Part shown: positions 1-8,010 of the stretch, one piece after another
Numbering within the stretch: position 1 is the stretch's first letter
How the letters are laid out: each line of letters starts with the position of its first letter
Source of the DNA: Armatimonadota bacterium
Lineage (GTDB): Bacteria > Armatimonadota > SYMT01
Direction of reading: 5' to 3'
DNA: 32,603 bases
Assembly (NCBI GenBank): GCA_046292385.1
Contig: JBKBRF010000027.1
Coordinates: forward strand, 62,188 to 94,790
The notes under the pieces: model-generated
Databases searched by the model: none
Told to the model about the DNA's origin: nothing
The model's input: only the letters and a program-made list of their open reading frames with translations
Translations under genes and position numbers: made by a program

Positions 1-75
1 TCCCCCGTCCTTTCCCTCCTTCTTTTGCTTTGTGTTTCCCTTTTTTTGTTTTTTTCTCCCCCCCCCCCCCCCCCC

Positions 76-367
76 GCCGCTGGAGGCGCCGCTCTCCGGA
101 CAGCGGGCGCTGACTCGCGAGGCGTGGCAGCGCATCGGCCGCCTCGACCCGGGCTTCGGCCTGGAGATGGGGCTGAACCTCGACGCGCTCCGGCACCGGC
201 TCCGCCTGCTCGAAGTGGAGACCGAGATGAAACACCGGCGGACCGGCCGCGACCTCCGCGGCTTCCTGCACCGCGGCCGGCAGTTCCGGGACGTCGCCCT
301 CGCCATCGCGCGCCGCTGGCCGCTCCAGCGGTCCGCCGGCCCGTCCTCCGGAGAGACGGTACCGTGA
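76..367 (+). CDS. Glycosyltransferase family 2 protein, C-terminal fragment (5' truncated)
   Basis: The frame of ORF 32..367 reads APLSGQRA...FGLEMGLNLDA...EVETEMKHRRTGRDLRGFLHRGRQ, typical of a GT2 (GpgS-like) C-terminus. Its stop overlaps the next start (GTGA, 364-367). Upstream sequence is homopolymeric. Confidence 0.65.
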
Positions 368-1128
368 ACTCGGCTCTCTGGCTCGGAGCCGGCCTGCTCG
401 CCGGCGCGGCCCTCTCTCCGCTCCTCCCGCCGCTGCTCCGGCGCCTCGGGTTGCAGCGGGTCAACTTCCAGGGCCAGCCGATCGGGACCGCCGCCGGGCT
501 CGGGTTCCTGCTGGCCGCCCTCCCGTGGCTGATCTGGGCGCCCGGCCCGCATGCTGCGGCGCTGCTCGGGTTCGGCCTGCTGGGGCTGTTGGACGACCGC
601 TGGGGAACCGCGGACTACAAAGGATTCCGGGGACACCTGCGCGCGCTGCGCGGCGGGCGGGTCACCACCGGCGCGGTCAAGGCCCTCGGCGGCGGACTGT
701 TGGCCTGCCTGCTCGCCTGGTGGCTGCAGCCCGGTTTCGGGGCCGTGGCCGGCGCGGCGCTGATCGCGCTCTCCGCCAACCTGTTCAACCTGCTCGACCT
801 GCGCCCGCTGCGGTCGCTGAAGGTCTTCTGGCTGTTTTCGGCCGCCCTCCTCCTGCTCCCGGGCCCAGCGATCCTGGCGCAGACCCTCGGCCACACGCTC
901 GGCTACGCGCCGTGGGAAGCGCGCAAGAAGCTGATGCTCGGCGATACCGGCGCGAACGCCCTGGGAGGGCTGGTCGGAGTATCGCTAACCGCGGCCCTTC
1001 CGCTCTGGGCCCAGGCGGCGGCGGCCGCCCTCCTGCTGGCGCTCCACGCGTGGGCGGAGCGGAATTCCCTGAGTCGCTGGATCGAAGCTCACCCTCTCCT
1101 CCGGGCGGTCGACGAGTGGGGCCGCTGA
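364..1128 (+). CDS. MraY/WecA-like (glycosyl transferase family 4) polyprenyl-phosphate sugar-1-phosphate transferase-like membrane protein
   Basis: GTG at 364 is coupled to the upstream stop. Multiple hydrophobic segments; motifs GLLDD, NLFNLLDLRP and MLGDTGAN. Confidence 0.75.
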   Translation: MNSALWLGAGLLAGAALSPLLPPLLRRLGLQRVNFQGQPIGTAAGLGFLLAALPWLIWAPGPHAAALLGFGLLGLLDDRWGTADYKGFRGHLRALRGGRVTTGAVKALGGGLLACLLAWWLQPGFGAVAGAALIALSANLFNLLDLRPLRSLKVFWLFSAALLLLPGPAILAQTLGHTLGYAPWEARKKLMLGDTGANALGGLVGVSLTAALPLWAQAAAAALLLALHAWAERNSLSRWIEAHPLLRAVDEWGR

Positions 1129-1265
1129 GCTGCCGCCGGCGGCGACCCGAGTTGCTGCAAATCTATTGCGGATCGGTTTCTTAAGATTCTCTTGATGAAG
1201 CGGTTTCTATCCTGACTCCTGGGCGGCGGCTCCTTCAAAAGGCAGGCGCAGCAAGGAGGCGGTAG

Positions 1266-1922
1266 ATGAGCAGGGAACGTGGGGGCCGCGTAGCGGGTTG
1301 GTGGGAGGCATGTCGGGCGAAGGCGAGGCCGTCGTGGCGGCGGCTGGCGGCGATACTCGGCCTGGGCGCCTGTGTAGTAGGGGGCGCGGCCAGTCTGCCC
1401 TGGCGCCTGGGGGTGGTGGTCGGTGAGTCGATGGCTCCCACGCTCGCGCCCGGCTCGATCTTTGTTTACGAGCGCATCTCGCCTCGGGAGCCGGTGAGTG
1501 CGGGAGAGATCGTGGTGGCGTGGGTGCACGGAGCCCCTTCCGTCAAACGAGTCTACGCCACCGGCGGCAGCGCCTTCTGGGCCCTTCGCCAGACGGTGGA
1601 GAGCGGCCAGCGCCGGGACCCGATTGACGCGCGAGACCGCGCACGCTTCGAGAGGATCGCGGCGCAGCGTCGTGCCCGGTTCGGGCAGGACCTTCGGATC
1701 CAGAACTACCAGATTCCGGAAGGCTTCGTGTTCCTGGTGGGAGACGGCACCACGAGCGACGATAGCCGGAGCTACGGGGTGATCCCTGCGGACCGGATTC
1801 TCGGCCGCTTGCGGGAGCTCCCCGGACAATCGTTCGCCGCTACCTCGCCGCCGATTACGATCGGCTTCCCCACTCACAGCGCCGCGGTCCGGCAGCCGCG
1901 CGGCTCCGCCGGTGAGGGATAG
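1266..1922 (+). CDS. lepB: Signal peptidase I (S26 family)
   Basis: AGGAGG RBS; N-terminal TM segment; GESMAPT (catalytic Ser), SVKRV (catalytic Lys), GD...SDDSRSYG box E. Confidence 0.85.
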   Translation: MSRERGGRVAGWWEACRAKARPSWRRLAAILGLGACVVGGAASLPWRLGVVVGESMAPTLAPGSIFVYERISPREPVSAGEIVVAWVHGAPSVKRVYATGGSAFWALRQTVESGQRRDPIDARDRARFERIAAQRRARFGQDLRIQNYQIPEGFVFLVGDGTTSDDSRSYGVIPADRILGRLRELPGQSFAATSPPITIGFPTHSAAVRQPRGSAGEG

Positions 1923-1929
1923 GACCGCC

Positions 1930-2193
1930 CTATTTCGGGGTCAGGTTGATGCGGTCTTCCAGCTTCAGGAGATCGCGGTAGAGCTCCAGCACCCGCGCTT
2001 CGGCGCCCGGCAGCTCGTGCCCCTTCAGCTTTTCGTACTCCGCGGTGACCGGTCGGCCGATGCGGATGTCGCTCTCCAACCGCTCCACGCGCAGTCGCAC
2101 GCGCAGCATCTCCTGCTCCGCGGCTTCCCACTCCTGAAAGAGCTCGTCGCGGAGCTGGGAGAGATACTCCCTCCGACCGGCGGAATCTGACAT
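1930..2193 (-). CDS. Small hypothetical coiled-coil protein (87 aa)
   Basis: ATG preceded by GGAGA; charged helical protein-like composition; fills the gap between flanking genes. Confidence 0.7.
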   Translation of the reverse strand: MSDSAGRREYLSQLRDELFQEWEAAEQEMLRVRLRVERLESDIRIGRPVTAEYEKLKGHELPGAEARVLELYRDLLKLEDRINLTPK

Positions 2194-2276
2194 TCGTGTC
2201 TCCGGAACGCGGTAAGGGTCACGCGTCGTCTAAAAGGTCGCGTGCCAATCTGCATAGCGGCAACCGGCTGCCGATT

Positions 2277-2282
2277 ATTATA
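2277..2282 (-). promoter_or_regulatory. Candidate sigma70 -10 box for the 87-aa gene
   Basis: Perfect TATAAT on the minus strand about 85 nt upstream of the ATG in a GC-rich background; no convincing -35 box. Confidence 0.35.
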
Positions 2283-2378
2283 GGCATCAGGCCCCGGCTC
2301 GACCGGTATGCTGAGCCGGTCCCGCAGGGCAGCGGGTCGCTTCCAGCGTGCCGAGGCCTTGCGGAAAGCTCGCGCGCG

Positions 2379-2394
2379 CGGCACGAATCTTGCA
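2379..2394 (+). promoter_or_regulatory. sigma54 (RpoN) -24/-12 promoter
   Basis: CGGCACGAATCTTGCA matches YGGCACG-N4-TTGCW with exact GG-N10-GC spacing, about 80 nt upstream of the ATG at 2476. Confidence 0.75.
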
Positions 2395-2475
2395 GATCGG
2401 GTAGTATGCCATTGATGGCTTGCCTAACGGTTTACCTACCCGCCGCTTGCTTGCCGCCCGGCCGAACCCCAGCAC

Positions 2476-4944
2476 ATGAAGTTCGTTAGCCTTTCAATCT
2501 GGCTGAAGCTCTACGTCTCCGCGATGATTCTCTCCGGCATCGGAGCGATTGCGACGACGTTCATGCTGCCGGCGCCGGGCCTCAACCCGGCGCTGCTGAC
2601 GGGGCTTGTGCTGGCCGCGATCATCTTCAGCACCTGGAAGGTGGAGCTCACCATCCGGCAGGGACGCATGACGGTGACCTCCGCCGTCGTGTGCGTGGCG
2701 ATGCTGCTGCAGGGGGACCTGGCGGCAGTCCTGTGCGCCGCCACGGGCGCGCTGGTCGGCACGCTGGTCCGCACGGTGCCCGGAAAGTGGCTGCCGGACT
2801 TCTCCTGGCGAGAGCCGCACCGGGGCACCTTCGATCTGCACCGTCCGCTCTTCAATCTCGCCAACTGCGCGCTCGCCTGTTCCGCCGGCGCCCACTCCTT
2901 CATGGCGACCACCGCCTGGATGACGCAGACGTTCGGCCTGCCGGACATCCCCGCGAAGGCGGCGGGGATCATGGCGTTCCAGATGGTCTACTTCCTGGTG
3001 AACACGGCGGGCGTCTCCGTGGCGCTCTCCCTGCTGAAGCTCCAGAACGTGCTTCAGATCTGGAAGGACAACTTCTTCTGGACGTGGCCCAGCTACTTCG
3101 CCTCCGCCTCGATCGCCGTCGGCATCTACGCCGCCTTCCAGAACCCGAGCATCGGCATTCTCGCCCTGGTGGGGCTGATGCCGCTCTACTTCATCTACTA
3201 CTCGTACCGGCTCTACATGGAGCGCATGAACCTCTACGTCTCCAAGATGGAGCAGGACATGCGCCACATCCACGAGTTGAACGATCTCAACTCCGCCATC
3301 ATCGCCTCCCTCGCCATGGCGATCGACGCGAAGGACCGGCACACCCGCTCCCACATCAACCGGGTGCAGATGTACGCCGTGGCGCTGGCGGAGGCGGTGG
3401 GACTGGACGGGCCGGAGCTGGAAGCGGTGCGGATCGGCGCGCTGGTCCACGACATCGGCAAGCTGGGCATCCCGGAGCGGATCCTCGGTAAGCCCGGAAA
3501 GCTGACGCCCGAAGAGTTCCGCCGGATGCAGGCTCACGTCACCATCGGCGCCGAGATCCTGGAGCCGGTGCCGTTCCCCTGGCCGGTGAAAGACATCGTG
3601 CTGACCCACCACGAGCGGTGGGACGGCCTGGGGTATCCGGTCGGCCTGCGCGCCGAGGATATCCCGATCGGCGGCCGCATCATGGCGATCGCGGACGTCT
3701 TCGACGCCCTCACCTCCAACCGTCCGTACCGCCGCGCGATGAGCGTGGAAGACGCCCTGCAGGTGGTGCGGGAAGGCGCCCGGAAGCAGTTCGATCCGAC
3801 GCTGGTGGAGGTCTTCGCCCGCATTCTGCCGGGGGTCCACGGGAAGGTCGAAGAGCTGGAGCTGCGAGAAGCGACCCGGGAAGGCGGCACGTCGAGCTCC
3901 GCCGACGGCGAGCCGGATTGGGCCTACTCCCAGATCACCCAGGCCGCGGCGGAGATGTCCGCCACCTGCGAGCTGGCCCAGGGGCTGGCGGAGACTTCTT
4001 CCGTTCAGGAAGTGCTGCAAGTGGTGATCGACCGCGCGCTGCGGCTGCTGCCGACCGACACGGCGGTGATCTACCTCTGCAGCGAGGAAACAGGGGATCT
4101 CCGCGCCGAGGCAATCGGCGGTCTCTACGTGGAGAAGCTCTCCGGCCTCACCATGCACCGTGCGGAAGGGGTTTCCGGCTGGGTGGCGGAGACGCTTCAG
4201 CCGCAGGTGAACGCCCAGGCCTCGCTCGACATCGCCCGCCGCTTCAACCCGAACGAAGTGATGGAGCTCTCCGCCGCCACCGCGGTGCCGCTGGTGCAGG
4301 GCGCGCGGACGCTGGGGGTCCTCACCCTTTACACCACCGGCTACAGCGTGTTGAACGAGCATCACCTGGGGGTGCTGAACATCCTGGCGGAGCACGCTGC
4401 CTCCGCGCTGGTGAGCGCCCGCCGGTACGAGCAGACGCGCGAGCTCTCCCTCACCGATCCGCTCACCGGGCTGCCGAACAGCCGCAGCCTCATCCACCAC
4501 ATGGAGACGCTCTGCCAGCCCTGGTCCGGCGTGCCGCAGGGCCACATCACCGACCAGTTCGCCGTGCTGATGTTCGACCTGGACGGCTTCAAGAACGTGA
4601 ATGACACGCTCGGTCACCTCCGCGGCGACGAAGTGCTGAAGCAGTTCGGGGAGATCCTCCGCACCATGAGCCGGGATCAGGACCTCCCCTGCCGGTACGC
4701 GGGCGACGAGTTCGTGGTGGTACTGGGCGGTGCGGAGCAGGAGGCGGCGCGCCAGTTCGCCCGCCGCGTGCGGAACGCCCTGGAGCGGAGCACCCGCGGC
4801 ACCCTTCCGACCGCCCTGGGGGTGAGTATCGGCTCCGCCTGCTTCCCCCACGACGGCCAGGACGTGCGGAACCTGCTGGCGGTAGCGGACCAGCGGATGT
4901 ACAATGATAAGTTCAGCCGCCGCAGCCCGCTCTCCCTGGAGTGA
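2476..4944 (+). CDS. Membrane-anchored HD-GYP + GAF + GGDEF c-di-GMP metabolism protein
   Basis: About 240-aa multi-TM N-terminus; HDIGK...HHERWDGLGYP (HD-GYP); GAF-like segment (AVPLVQGARTLGVL); TDPLTGLPN...DLDGFKNVNDTLGHLRGD...RDQD-x5-AGDEF. Confidence 0.93.
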   Translation: MKFVSLSIWLKLYVSAMILSGIGAIATTFMLPAPGLNPALLTGLVLAAIIFSTWKVELTIRQGRMTVTSAVVCVAMLLQGDLAAVLCAATGALVGTLVRTVPGKWLPDFSWREPHRGTFDLHRPLFNLANCALACSAGAHSFMATTAWMTQTFGLPDIPAKAAGIMAFQMVYFLVNTAGVSVALSLLKLQNVLQIWKDNFFWTWPSYFASASIAVGIYAAFQNPSIGILALVGLMPLYFIYYSYRLYMERMNLYVSKMEQDMRHIHELNDLNSAIIASLAMAIDAKDRHTRSHINRVQMYAVALAEAVGLDGPELEAVRIGALVHDIGKLGIPERILGKPGKLTPEEFRRMQAHVTIGAEILEPVPFPWPVKDIVLTHHERWDGLGYPVGLRAEDIPIGGRIMAIADVFDALTSNRPYRRAMSVEDALQVVREGARKQFDPTLVEVFARILPGVHGKVEELELREATREGGTSSSADGEPDWAYSQITQAAAEMSATCELAQGLAETSSVQEVLQVVIDRALRLLPTDTAVIYLCSEETGDLRAEAIGGLYVEKLSGLTMHRAEGVSGWVAETLQPQVNAQASLDIARRFNPNEVMELSAATAVPLVQGARTLGVLTLYTTGYSVLNEHHLGVLNILAEHAASALVSARRYEQTRELSLTDPLTGLPNSRSLIHHMETLCQPWSGVPQGHITDQFAVLMFDLDGFKNVNDTLGHLRGDEVLKQFGEILRTMSRDQDLPCRYAGDEFVVVLGGAEQEAARQFARRVRNALERSTRGTLPTALGVSIGSACFPHDGQDVRNLLAVADQRMYNDKFSRRSPLSLE

Positions 4945-4979
4945 CGGCGCGACGGCAGCAGCAGCGCCAGGAAAGCAAG

Positions 4980-5018
4980 GCGAGCCCCGGTCACCTCGAA
5001 AGGCTGACCGGGGCTCGC
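4980..5018. terminator. Hairpin between convergent genes, probable bidirectional terminator
   Basis: Perfect 14-bp stem GCGAGCCCCGGTCA/TGACCGGGGCTCGC; no strong U-tract. Confidence 0.6.
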
Positions 5019-5055
5019 TGCGTTGGGCCTCGTTCTACGGACGACCGCGCGGTCG

Positions 5056-5730
5056 TCAGGGGATCACCTGGTGGTCCGGGAAGTGCATGTGCTTCACGCG
5101 GTCATATTTCCGCCACGCCACGTGCCCGTCCGCGAAGCAGTAGTTGGTGCCGCCGCTGTGCCGGGTGACGTTAAAGAGCGGCTCCACCGAGCTGAGGCCG
5201 TTCCAGGCGTCGTAGTCGTCCTGGTTGTGGCCCTGCTCCGTAATGCCGCTCTCGCAGAAGAGGATCGTCTCCGCCGTGCTTACCATGCGAGGGTCGTCCT
5301 GGACGTACCGGTTGGCCGGATAGGGGACCTCCTCGCTGGACGCGGGCGGGAAGTTGTGGGTGAAGTACGCGTTGATCAGGTAGCTGGGCCGGTAGACCTC
5401 ACCGCTGTTCGGGTTCACCAGCGCGGTGGCGGGGTCGCTCTTGCAGATGTAGATCTGCTGCGATTGGATGTAGGGGCCTAGCTGGCTGGCCCAGGTGATC
5501 TCTTCCAGGCCGGCATGGTGGAAGTAGAGCTGCCCTTCGTGGTCCTGGAAATACATCGACGTCGCCATGCCGATCTGCCGGAGATTGGAGAGGCAGTCGG
5601 CCGAGCGGGCCTTGTCACGGACCTGGGCGAAGACGGGGAAGAGGATCGCGGCGAGGACGGCAATGATGGCGATTACCACGAGCAGCTCGATCAGGGTGAA
5701 GCCGCTGCGGCGCGAGGAACGCATGGACAT
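5056..5730 (-). CDS. DUF1559 prepilin-type N-terminal cleavage/methylation protein with H-X9-DG motif
   Basis: GGAG RBS before the ATG at 5730; [38 protein letters not shown]-terminal [14 protein letters not shown]. Confidence 0.93.
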   Translation of the reverse strand: MSMRSSRRSGFTLIELLVVIAIIAVLAAILFPVFAQVRDKARSADCLSNLRQIGMATSMYFQDHEGQLYFHHAGLEEITWASQLGPYIQSQQIYICKSDPATALVNPNSGEVYRPSYLINAYFTHNFPPASSEEVPYPANRYVQDDPRMVSTAETILFCESGITEQGHNQDDYDAWNGLSSVEPLFNVTRHSGGTNYCFADGHVAWRKYDRVKHMHFPDHQVIP

Positions 5731-5733
5731 CCG

Positions 5734-5824
5734 GCACTCCAACGGCGGAAGTAGCCGCCGCACCCCGACGGTGCGGGCGGTCCGCCGGTTGGAGTGCGAC
5801 AGAGGGGGCGCCAATCCCTCTGCC
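5734..5824 (-). promoter_or_regulatory. Structured 5' leader occluding the RBS of the DUF1559 gene
   Basis: 16-bp stem with one bulge (5781-5797 pairing with 5734-5749) that contains the GGAG; an internal hairpin; and an adjacent 9-bp stem (5798-5806/5816-5824). Confidence 0.5.
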
Positions 5825-6044
5825 GGCCGCGAAGGCGTTCGGAGCTAGTAGTCTCTCCAGCTACTTCTTGCGGGACTGAGTGGGAGCAAGGGAGAGTGGG
5901 GGCGGGGGAGATCCGCCCCCGGGCTGCTGTGAGCAGGTTCCAGGTTCCGAACCCCACCCACCGGGGAGCTCAACCTGCAGCGTGCCAACTTGCTAACCTG
6001 TCTCTCTTGCCAGATCCATGCACCAATCGTGGACTGGCGGAGCA

Positions 6045-6587
6045 CTAGAGGTGCTTCCGGAACGGGAACGACCGCCGCATCGTGAAGGTGCGCGCCACGC
6101 CGATCACGTCGGTCAGCTTGAACGATCCGGCTTCCTGGTTGGTGCTGTCAGAGGAGCGGTTCAGGTTGTCGCCGATGATGAACACCTCGCCCGGCTGCAC
6201 CGTCCGCTCTTCCAGGTAGGCGTCGCTCAGGCGCTGCTCCGGGTGGCGGGTGACGTTCGCGATGTGGCGGATCCAGCCGAGCTCGTCTCGACCGATCTGG
6301 AGCACGTCCCCCGGCATCCCGACCAGCCGCTTGACCCACTTGTCCCCGTCTTCACGCTCCAGCACCACTACGTCCCCGAGCTGCAGACCGGTCAGCTTCC
6401 AGTAGAACTGGTCCAGCACGTAGGTCTCGCCGTTCCGCAGGGTCGGCTCCATGGAGCTGCCCTCGATCTTGAGTGGGCGCAGCGGCGAGAGGGCGAGCGC
6501 CAGGAGCAGAGCGGCGCCGAGGAGCGAGAAGCGGAGCCACGCGGGGAGCGTGGTCTTTACTGCGGCCGGGTCGTTTCCTCGATCCAC
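6045..6587 (-). CDS. lepB: Signal peptidase I (S26 family), second paralog
   Basis: TM segment, then GSSMEPT, WVKRLVGMPGD and IIGDNLNRSSDS. Start is uncertain: the nearest in-frame start is GTG 6587, inside the 3' end of cutA. Confidence 0.85.
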   Translation of the reverse strand: MDRGNDPAAVKTTLPAWLRFSLLGAALLLALALSPLRPLKIEGSSMEPTLRNGETYVLDQFYWKLTGLQLGDVVVLEREDGDKWVKRLVGMPGDVLQIGRDELGWIRHIANVTRHPEQRLSDAYLEERTVQPGEVFIIGDNLNRSSDSTNQEAGSFKLTDVIGVARTFTMRRSFPFRKHL

Positions 6588-6877
6588 TGCAGGTACTCGG
6601 GACTGCCTTCCACGATCGGAACGGCGATGCACTCGAAGACTTCGTAACTGTGGCTGGCGCGGACCGCGTCCAGCAGCCGGGGCCAGAGCTCGCGGCGGCT
6701 CTTGGCGAGGAGCAGTACCTCCGAGGCCCGGTCGCGCGCGCCCTGCCACCAGAAGCCGGACTCAACGTTCGGCAGGCGGTTGACACAGGCGGCGAGGCGG
6801 GACGAGAGCAGCGCCTCCGCAATCCGCTCCGCTTCCGCGTCGTCACCCGCGGTAATGAATACGAGGATCGGCTCCAT
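6557..6877 (-). CDS. cutA: Divalent-cation tolerance protein CutA
   Basis: 106 aa; AERIAEALL..RLAACVN, S.FWWQG, HSYEV.E, YLQWI signature motifs. Confidence 0.93.
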   Translation of the reverse strand: MEPILVFITAGDDAEAERIAEALLSSRLAACVNRLPNVESGFWWQGARDRASEVLLLAKSRRELWPRLLDAVRASHSYEVFECIAVPIVEGSPEYLQWIEETTRPQ

Positions 6878-7077
6878 AGCGTCTCTGCTTTCTCGACCAT
6901 CAGCCGGGCACCCGCTCGCGATGCGAGCCTCCCGGCGGGATCCCGCGGCTGGGAGCGACCGCGGATCACGCGGTTTGAGCGTGAGGGGGAAGGGAATTCT
7001 CAGGATGGATCACGTCGGCGCCGGGCAGGGGTCCCACCCCCGGCGCATCTCTCCAGTTTCCGAAAGGAGTTGCAGCC

Positions 7078-7881
7078 ATGCGACGAGATCAGGAGAACTA
7101 TCCCATGCGACGCAGCCGCGAGACCGGACTCTCCCGCCTGGGCGACCTTCCCGGCAGCTGGATGGAGCCGTCGCTCGGCTTCGGCGGCTCGCCCTGGCAG
7201 ATGATGCGGCGGATGCAGGAAGACATGGACCGCATGTTCGGCCAGCTCATCGGCAGCCCGCAGGAGGGCGCCCAGCAGGGCATGACCGCCATGCGGCAGT
7301 GGGCACCCAGTGTCGACATCAGCCAGACGAACGGCGAGTGGTGTATCGAGGCGGACCTGCCCGGAGTGGAGAAGGACCAGATCGAGGTCGAGGTCCAGGA
7401 CCACCACCTGGTCCTCCGCGCGGAGATGCGGCAGGAGAGCGGTGACGAGCAGGGCGGGGAAGGGCGCGCCGGCGAAGGCCGCGCCGGCCGGCAGTACCAC
7501 CACCGCGAACGCCGCTACGGCTTCTTCCAGCGCGTGATTCCGCTGCCGGAGAACGTGGATGAGGAGAACATCCGCTGTGAGTTCCGCAACGGCGTGCTCA
7601 CGGTCCACGTGCCGCAGAGCGAGCGCCCGGCGGGTGCCCGCCGCATCCCCGTGAGCGACGTCGACACGCAGCGTCCCATCACCGCGGGAGGCCGCCAGCG
7701 CTCCGAAGGCGAGATGCGGCAGGCGGTCGGATCTCGTCAGCCAGGGCAGGAAGAGTACGAAGAAGAGCGGGAGCTCGCCGGGGCCAAGGGCGGCGAGACG
7801 AGCAGCCCAACCGGGGGCGAGAAGCAGACTTCAGGCGGTCGGAGCTCGAAGAAGACCGAGCAGCCCGGCGGGAACAAGTAG
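7078..7881 (+). CDS. Hsp20/alpha-crystallin family small heat-shock protein
   Basis: AAAGGAG RBS; WAPSVDI, ADLPGV, ERRYGFFQRVIPLP, FRNGVLTVHVP, and IXI/V motif RRIPV. Confidence 0.92.
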   Translation: MRRDQENYPMRRSRETGLSRLGDLPGSWMEPSLGFGGSPWQMMRRMQEDMDRMFGQLIGSPQEGAQQGMTAMRQWAPSVDISQTNGEWCIEADLPGVEKDQIEVEVQDHHLVLRAEMRQESGDEQGGEGRAGEGRAGRQYHHRERRYGFFQRVIPLPENVDEENIRCEFRNGVLTVHVPQSERPAGARRIPVSDVDTQRPITAGGRQRSEGEMRQAVGSRQPGQEEYEEERELAGAKGGETSSPTGGEKQTSGGRSSKKTEQPGGNK

Positions 7882-7904
7882 CCGGACCCGGGCTCGACGC
7901 CGGC

Positions 7905-7930
7905 GCGGCGGAGGGGTTTCCCTCCGCCGC
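7905..7930 (+). terminator. Hairpin downstream of hsp20
   Basis: Perfect 11-bp stem GCGGCGGAGGG/CCCTCCGCCGC with a 4-nt loop; no U-tract. Confidence 0.45.
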
Positions 7931-8010
7931 TCGCCGTACGCGCCGTTCCGCGCGCCAGGCGGCGAAGGGCTTCCCGACGCCGGGTGTGGAACCTCTCTCG
8001 GGAGGTTCCG

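Noticed and set aside
1..75. Pyrimidine-rich stretch ending in 18 consecutive C, giving the N-termini of ORFs 25..1128 and 32..367
   Set aside because: Window-edge low-complexity sequence that cuts into a GT2 gene; most likely a read-end or poly-G sequencing artefact rather than a phase-variable tract.
2231..2248. TTGGCACG sigma54 -24-like elements (minus strand here and near 5981-5988; plus strand near 23338)
   Set aside because: None has GC at the required GG-N10-GC spacing.
2494..4851. Long antisense or alternate-frame ORFs (also 7831..8973, 8970..10799, 12251..13855, 18431..19975, 27003..28955, 27446..30292, 30466..31947)
   Set aside because: Shadow ORFs of well-supported genes, expected in high-GC DNA with few stop codons; no recognisable motifs.
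5757..5825. SAM-I riboswitch-like words in the DUF1559 leader (GGCAGAGGGAUUGGC, CAACC...GGUGC)
   Set aside because: The P1 AUC/GAU, AUCNAGAG entry and GCAACC core are missing; kept only as an unclassified structured leader.
5958..6041. ZTP (pfl) riboswitch-like words CCACCGGGGAGC and GACTGGCGGA
   Set aside because: Wrong order, opposite strand to the flanking genes, and no GCCUGGGC pseudoknot partner.
6880..7077. CIRCE or ROSE heat-shock element upstream of hsp20
   Set aside because: No TTAGCACTC-N9-GAGTGCTAA and no ROSE-type anti-SD motif was seen.
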